Shown here: piece after piece, positions 38,348 through 42,966 of the stretch | Position numbering within the stretch: the first letter of the stretch is position 1 | How the letters are laid out: the number at the start of each line of letters is the position of its first letter | Assembly: GCA_045807245.1 (NCBI GenBank) | Contig: JBJMHS010000076.1 | Coordinates: 1-42,966, forward strand | Direction of reading: 5' to 3' | DNA length: 42,966 nt | Source of the DNA: Actinomycetales bacterium | Lineage (GTDB): Bacteria; Actinomycetota; Actinomycetes; Actinomycetales; CAVURS01 | Position numbers and translations under genes: made by a program | Notes under the pieces: generated by a model | Told to the model about the DNA's origin: nothing | The model's input: the letters and a program-made list of their open reading frames with translations, nothing else | The model's database searches: none

Positions 38348-40359
38348 CCGGCGCCGGCGGGCAGTAAGCTGAGCTCGGCGGGCAGGGGCTCGTCGTGGAC
38401 GACCACCATGTGCGATACCGCCCGGGTCATCGTGACGTAGAGCCGCCGCAGCCCCACGGCCCGCGTCGGCTCCGCGGCCACGATCGCGGCCGGCTCGACC
38501 AGGACGACCGAGTCGAACTCGAGGCCCTTGGCTGACGTCGCCGGCACGACCGTGATCCGGAAGTCCTCGTCGTCGTCGAGGGGCTCGGCCGCCACCCCCG
38601 CGGAGCGCAGCCGTGAGCCGACGTCCGCGGCGATGTCGTCCGGCACGATGACGCCGACCGACCCCTCGTCCTCGGCGGCCTGCTCGACGGCGGCCGCCAG
38701 GTCAGCCAGCCCGGCAAAGCGCAGGGGGTGCGCGCCGTACCGGACGGACGTGGCCGGCGGGACGTCCTGGGCGATGTGCGGCAGCAGCCGGTTGGCCAGG
38801 TCCAGCACCGCTTGCGGCACCCGGTAACCCGCAGTCAACGGTCGCACCTCTGCGCCTTCGTGACCGAGATGCTGCAGGGTCGCGGCCCAGGAGCCCGGTG
38901 CCCACGGCGTCGTCGCCTGAGCCAGGTCGCCCAGGACGGTCACCGACCCGAGCGGGCAGCGGCGGCCGACGGCGCGGCACTGCATCGCCGACAGGTCCTG
39001 CGCCTCGTCCACGACGATGTGCTGGAAGGTCGGCGGCTCTTCGAGCATCCCGGCCAGCTCGTCGAGCAGGACGAGGTCGGCCTGGCTCCACGGCGCGGAG
39101 CGCGCCGATCGCGGCGCCTTCGGCCAGCCGAGCAGGTCCAGTTCGGCCTCGTCGAGCAGGTCGCTCCCCGCCGCCCGCAACAGGTCCGGCTCGGTCCACA
39201 ACCGGATGAGCAGGGCGCCCGGCGCGATAGGTGGCCAGTGCTGGTCCACGAACTTGCGCACCGGAGCCGAGCGCGCGATGGCGGCGGTCGCCGCGTCGCT
39301 CGGCGCGAAGCCTGAGTCCTCCTGCCGGCGGCGGACGTCCGCGGCGATCTGGTGATGCAGGCGCTCCCGCGCGACGTTCCACCGCACGCCGGAGCGCCGG
39401 ATGTCGTCGACGTACCGTTTCAGGTGCGAGACCAGGACGCGATGCTTCGCGCCGCTGAGCCGAATGATCAAGTCCTCCACCGGCTTTCGCACGTGAGCCA
39501 GCACCGCGCGGTGCAGGACCTCCGCCATTCGCGGGTCGCCCTTGAGCGTCGCCACGGCGGTATCCTCGGCCACGGGCGAGCGGTCGCCGCGCACTAGCTC
39601 CTCGACGGTCGCCTGAGCCACGTTGACCTCGCCGAGCGTCGGCAGCACCTCGGCGGTGTAGTGCAGGAACGCGGCGTTCGGTCCGACCACCAGGACGCCT
39701 GAACGGCGCAGCCGGGCCGGGAAGGTGTAGAGCAGGTACGCCGCGCGGTGCAGCCCCACCGCCGTCTTGCCGGTGCCGGGCGCGCCCTGGATGCACAAGG
39801 AGTGGTCGAAGTCCGCGCGCACGAGGTCGTCCTGGTCCGGCTGGATGGTCGCGACGATGTCGCGCATCGGCCCGACGCGCGGCCGCTCGATCTCCTCCCG
39901 GAGCAGGTCGCTGGCCAGGCCCAGGCTCTCGCCGCGGTCGAGGTGCTCGTCCTCGTACGACGTGAGCGAACCGAGGTGGAAGCCGAAGCGCCGTCGCAGC
40001 TGCAGGCCCATCCGGTCGCCGGCCGTGGCCTGGTAGAACGTTCGGGCGATCGGCACTCGCCAGTCGATGACGACCGGCTCGCCCTCCTCGTCCCGGATGT
40101 GCCGACGCCCGATGTGGAACGTCTCGGCCTCGTCGTTGTCGATCCGGGCGAAGAACGGCGGGGTGCCGGAATCGGCGACGAGGGACGCCAACCGCCGCTC
40201 GCGCACGTGCATGAGCGAGTTCGCGGCGATCTCGTCCACCGCCACGTCGGCGCCGACCAGGCTCGCAGTCTGGGCCCGCATGGCCTCCAGACACGACCGG
40301 GCGCGGTCGAGCTCGTACCGCTCGAGCGTCAGGACGTCGGGGGCGGCGTCCGGGCTCAC
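38338..40359 (-). CDS. HelD-family (UvrD-like) ATPase/helicase
   Basis: IGRRHI, IDWR.P, DIVATIQPDQD, Walker A GAPGTGKT, VVDEAQD, KGLEFD and LYVTMTRA. GTG 40359 overlaps the upstream TGA. Confidence 0.88.
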   Translation of the reverse strand: MSPDAAPDVLTLERYELDRARSCLEAMRAQTASLVGADVAVDEIAANSLMHVRERRLASLVADSGTPPFFARIDNDEAETFHIGRRHIRDEEGEPVVIDWRVPIARTFYQATAGDRMGLQLRRRFGFHLGSLTSYEDEHLDRGESLGLASDLLREEIERPRVGPMRDIVATIQPDQDDLVRADFDHSLCIQGAPGTGKTAVGLHRAAYLLYTFPARLRRSGVLVVGPNAAFLHYTAEVLPTLGEVNVAQATVEELVRGDRSPVAEDTAVATLKGDPRMAEVLHRAVLAHVRKPVEDLIIRLSGAKHRVLVSHLKRYVDDIRRSGVRWNVARERLHHQIAADVRRRQEDSGFAPSDAATAAIARSAPVRKFVDQHWPPIAPGALLIRLWTEPDLLRAAGSDLLDEAELDLLGWPKAPRSARSAPWSQADLVLLDELAGMLEEPPTFQHIVVDEAQDLSAMQCRAVGRRCPLGSVTVLGDLAQATTPWAPGSWAATLQHLGHEGAEVRPLTAGYRVPQAVLDLANRLLPHIAQDVPPATSVRYGAHPLRFAGLADLAAAVEQAAEDEGSVGVIVPDDIAADVGSRLRSAGVAAEPLDDDEDFRITVVPATSAKGLEFDSVVLVEPAAIVAAEPTRAVGLRRLYVTMTRAVSHMVVVHDEPLPAELSLLPAGAGQG

Positions 40360-41525
40360 GGTCGAACGAACCGGCGTACCGACTGAGGCCCGCTGGGCAG
40401 CCGCAGCGGCGACTCCCGCAGGTCGACGACGTCGCGCATCCCGGCCCGCCGGTAGGCCGCCAGCGTCAGGTCCAGGATGTTGTCCCACGTGGTGCCCGGC
40501 TCCGTCGTGCGGTTGTGCTCGCGCATCGCCTGGAGCCGGTCCGGCGAGCGGAGCAGGTCGGCCGTGACCTGGGCCATCTCGCTGTCGGAACGGACGAGCA
40601 TGCCCTCGCGCCCGTGCTGCACGAACTCACCGACGCCCCCGACCTGCATGGCCACCACCGGGACGCCGGCGCACCGGGCCTCCAGGGCCGCGATCCCGAA
40701 CGACTCGAGCGTCGCCGGCGCGAGGTACACGTCGGACGCCGCGTGGACCCGGTGGATCGTCTCGTGATCGCATCGCCCGGCCAGCTGCACCCAGCCGCGC
40801 ATGCCGTGCCGCTCGATGAACCGCTCCATCGCCGGCTGCTCCGGCCCGGTACCGATGATCACGGCGGTCAGCTCGGTCGAGGCCGGCACCCGGCGCCGGA
40901 TGTCGGCCAGCACGCGCAGCAGGTGCATGGGGCGCTTGCGAGGCATGAGCCGCATGACGCTGACGATCTGCAGCCGGCGGGGGTTGGTCGGCCGGCGGGG
41001 GACCCGCCACAGGGCCGGGTTGATGCCGTTCGGCAGGATCACGACGTCGTGCCCGGGCAGCATCCGGTTGACCGCCTCCGCCGCCCGCTGCGACACCGCG
41101 GTCCACTGCACCGGCAGGTCGGTCCAGCCGAAGATCGGCGCCTTGAGCCGGAGCAGCCAGGTCGGCACCTTGCACAGCGAGTGCATCGTCAGCACCGCCG
41201 GGATGCCTGCCCCCGAGGCGACCCGCGCCGCCTGCCACGACAGCGGCGACACCAGCGAGGTGTGCGCGTGCACGACATGGGGCTTGCCGCCCAACAGCTG
41301 CGGACCGACATGCCGGAGACCACCGGGCGTCACCCAGCCGGCGCGCGAGGGCAGCCGTACCGTCCGCAGACCGGAGTCGGAGAGGTGGGACTCCCCGGCG
41401 TCCGTCGACGTGTAGATCGTGACCTCGTGACCGGCCTCCTGCTGCCGCAGAGCGAGGTCGCGGACCTGCATCTCGATGCCACCGAGCCGCGGCAGGAAGC
41501 AGTCCGTGACGTGGGCGACCCTCAC
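40356..41525 (-). CDS. Glycosyltransferase family 4 (GT-B)
   Basis: HVTDCFLPRLGGIE, VVHAH, LPNGI, RLMPRK and ESFGIAALEA. GTGA overlaps at both ends. Confidence 0.92.
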   Translation of the reverse strand: MRVAHVTDCFLPRLGGIEMQVRDLALRQQEAGHEVTIYTSTDAGESHLSDSGLRTVRLPSRAGWVTPGGLRHVGPQLLGGKPHVVHAHTSLVSPLSWQAARVASGAGIPAVLTMHSLCKVPTWLLRLKAPIFGWTDLPVQWTAVSQRAAEAVNRMLPGHDVVILPNGINPALWRVPRRPTNPRRLQIVSVMRLMPRKRPMHLLRVLADIRRRVPASTELTAVIIGTGPEQPAMERFIERHGMRGWVQLAGRCDHETIHRVHAASDVYLAPATLESFGIAALEARCAGVPVVAMQVGGVGEFVQHGREGMLVRSDSEMAQVTADLLRSPDRLQAMREHNRTTEPGTTWDNILDLTLAAYRRAGMRDVVDLRESPLRLPSGPQSVRRFVRP

Positions 41526-42646
41526 CCGGCACCGCCGGCCGCAGCGCTCGCCGGACCCAAGCGGCGCTGGGCCGCGAACCAACCCAGGGCCCACACGCCG
41601 CCGACCGGGATCTCGAGCAGGAACGTGATCGCGCGGTAGAGCAGCACCGCGGCCGCCACCTCGGCCGGTGCCCCGCCCAGCGCGACCAGAGCGGCCGCCG
41701 TACCGGCTTCGACGACGCCTGAGCCGCCCGGGGTCAGTGGCACCGCGGTCAGCAGCCGGTCCACCGCGAAGGCGGTGAGCACGGCCGCGACCGTGACCTG
41801 GTTGCCCAGCAGGTGCAGGCACATGCCCAGCAGACCGGCCTGCAGCCCGAGGAACAGCAGCATCCCGATGCTCATCAACGGCCAGCGGTCGCGGACCACG
41901 CGGATCATCACCCGGCGTACGGCGGGCAGCTGGCTGGCCAGATGGGTACGGCGGTGCAGGTGCAGCAGGCGCAGGGGCCCGGCCAGGACCAGGTCGGCGA
42001 CCCGCCCGGTCAGCGTGGTGACGCGGTCGCTGACGAGCGCGGCCACGATCAACGCGACCAGGACCGCGGCCGAGACCGCGACGGCCCGGGCGCCCGCGGC
42101 CGGCAGCGGCACGGGCAGGCCGCCCACGGCGAGCAGCCCGATGACGCTGGCCGAGACGGCGAGCTTGGCCAGGATGTTCCAGACGTTGCTGATCATCATG
42201 AAGCTGGCGATGTCCTTGCCGGCGTACCCCCATCGCCGCAGCATCATCGTGTTGAGGCCGACGCCTGCGGCGCCGCCCAGCGGTACGACGTTGGCGACAG
42301 CACTGCCGGTGAGGTTCAGCGTCATGGCCTGCCGCCGACGCAGCCCGGGCAACGAACCGGTCAGCACGAACGAGTAGCAGAACAGCGCCAGACCCCACAT
42401 CGCGGCCAGCAGGGCGACGTCGGTCAGCGTGACCCGGGACAGCGTGTGCCAGATGGCGTTCCACGTCGTGCCGGTCGTGCGGGGGATGAGCAGGATGATC
42501 GCGGCGGCGGCCGCGAACGCGAGCACCCAGGTGACCCGGCGCAGGGCGACCAGCCAGGGCCGGACCGGGCGGACCGGCCGAACGTCGGGCTCGCCCTCAG
42601 GCCTGGGGCTGCCGGTGGCGGCGGCACCCCCGGTGAGGACGGGCAC
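41522..42646 (-). CDS. Lysylphosphatidylglycerol-synthase TM (YbhN/AglD-like putative flippase) domain protein
   Basis: AVANVVPLGGAAG, VPLTPGGSGVVEAG and AAVLLYRAITF. Start is uncertain. Confidence 0.85.
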   Translation of the reverse strand: MPVLTGGAAATGSPRPEGEPDVRPVRPVRPWLVALRRVTWVLAFAAAAAIILLIPRTTGTTWNAIWHTLSRVTLTDVALLAAMWGLALFCYSFVLTGSLPGLRRRQAMTLNLTGSAVANVVPLGGAAGVGLNTMMLRRWGYAGKDIASFMMISNVWNILAKLAVSASVIGLLAVGGLPVPLPAAGARAVAVSAAVLVALIVAALVSDRVTTLTGRVADLVLAGPLRLLHLHRRTHLASQLPAVRRVMIRVVRDRWPLMSIGMLLFLGLQAGLLGMCLHLLGNQVTVAAVLTAFAVDRLLTAVPLTPGGSGVVEAGTAAALVALGGAPAEVAAAVLLYRAITFLLEIPVGGVWALGWFAAQRRLGPASAAAGGAG

Positions 42647-42733
42647 GGGTGGTTCCCCCAAGTCGCATCGAGGTCAGGCCGGGCTTCCAGCTATCCGCCA
42701 GTATGCTCGCTCGCCGCCCTGCCCCGCACGGGC

Positions 42734-42760
42734 GAAAGCCCCCGCGTGGCGAGGGGGCTC
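42734..42760 (-). terminator. Probable intrinsic terminator after pncA
   Basis: Minus strand GAGCCCCCtCGC-cac-GCGGGGGCTTTC begins at the pncA stop codon. Confidence 0.55.
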
Positions 42761-42965
42761 ACCCCAGCACTGGCCGTCCGGACAGCCCCACCCCGGCCTG
42801 GCGCAGGGCCTCGAGAGCACTCTGCGTAGTCGGCCGGGCCACGCCTGCGGTCAGGTCGAGCAGGACACGGGTCTGGAAGCCCTCCGCCGTCGCGTCCAAG
42901 GCGGTGGCGCGCACGCAGTGGTCGGTCGCGAGTCCCACGATGTCGACGGCCTCGATGGCCCGGTC
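42759..42965 (-). CDS. pncA: Nicotinamidase/pyrazinamidase (isochorismatase family), 5'-truncated by the window edge
   Basis: Manual translation DRAIEAVDIVGLATDHCVRATALDATAEGFQTRVLLDLTAGVARPTTQSALEALRQAGVGLSGRPVLG* contains the catalytic-Cys motif GLATDHCV. Confidence 0.85.
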   Translation of the reverse strand, partial: DRAIEAVDIVGLATDHCVRATALDATAEGFQTRVLLDLTAGVARPTTQSALEALRQAGVGLSGRPVLG

Positions 42966-42966
42966 C

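Noticed and set aside
38338..40359. HelR-type rifamycin resistance gene
   Set aside because: The gene is internal to an operon, I recognised no rifamycin-associated element upstream, and the HelD class cannot be assigned by eye.

Overview
High-GC actinobacterial chromosomal window with about 42 genes. I recognised no rRNA, tRNA, CRISPR array, transposase or recombinase. From left to right: a partial DHFR/RibD-like gene; a membrane GGDEF-EAL protein translationally coupled to an orphan solute-binding lipoprotein; an HxlR/MFS pair; a fructosamine (Amadori compound) utilisation cluster with two SIS deglycases, a PfkB kinase, an ABC importer, two LacI regulators, a HAD phosphatase and four matching LacI-type operators; threonine aldolase, an alpha/beta hydrolase and an Lrp/APC exporter pair; a bfaAB/tmsAB-like 10-methyl fatty acid pair; malic enzyme, VanZ, YqgE, DUF3039, MFS and sthA; a tyrosine/homogentisate cluster (hppD, fahA, hmgA); a HelD-family ATPase, GT4 glycosyltransferase and LPG-synthase-TM operon; and a partial pncA. 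The most striking feature is a ~1.17 kb inversion (about 15806-16978) that cuts both an HtrA-like protease-PDZ gene and a hemerythrin-domain gene in two. Re-inverting the segment restores both genes in frame.
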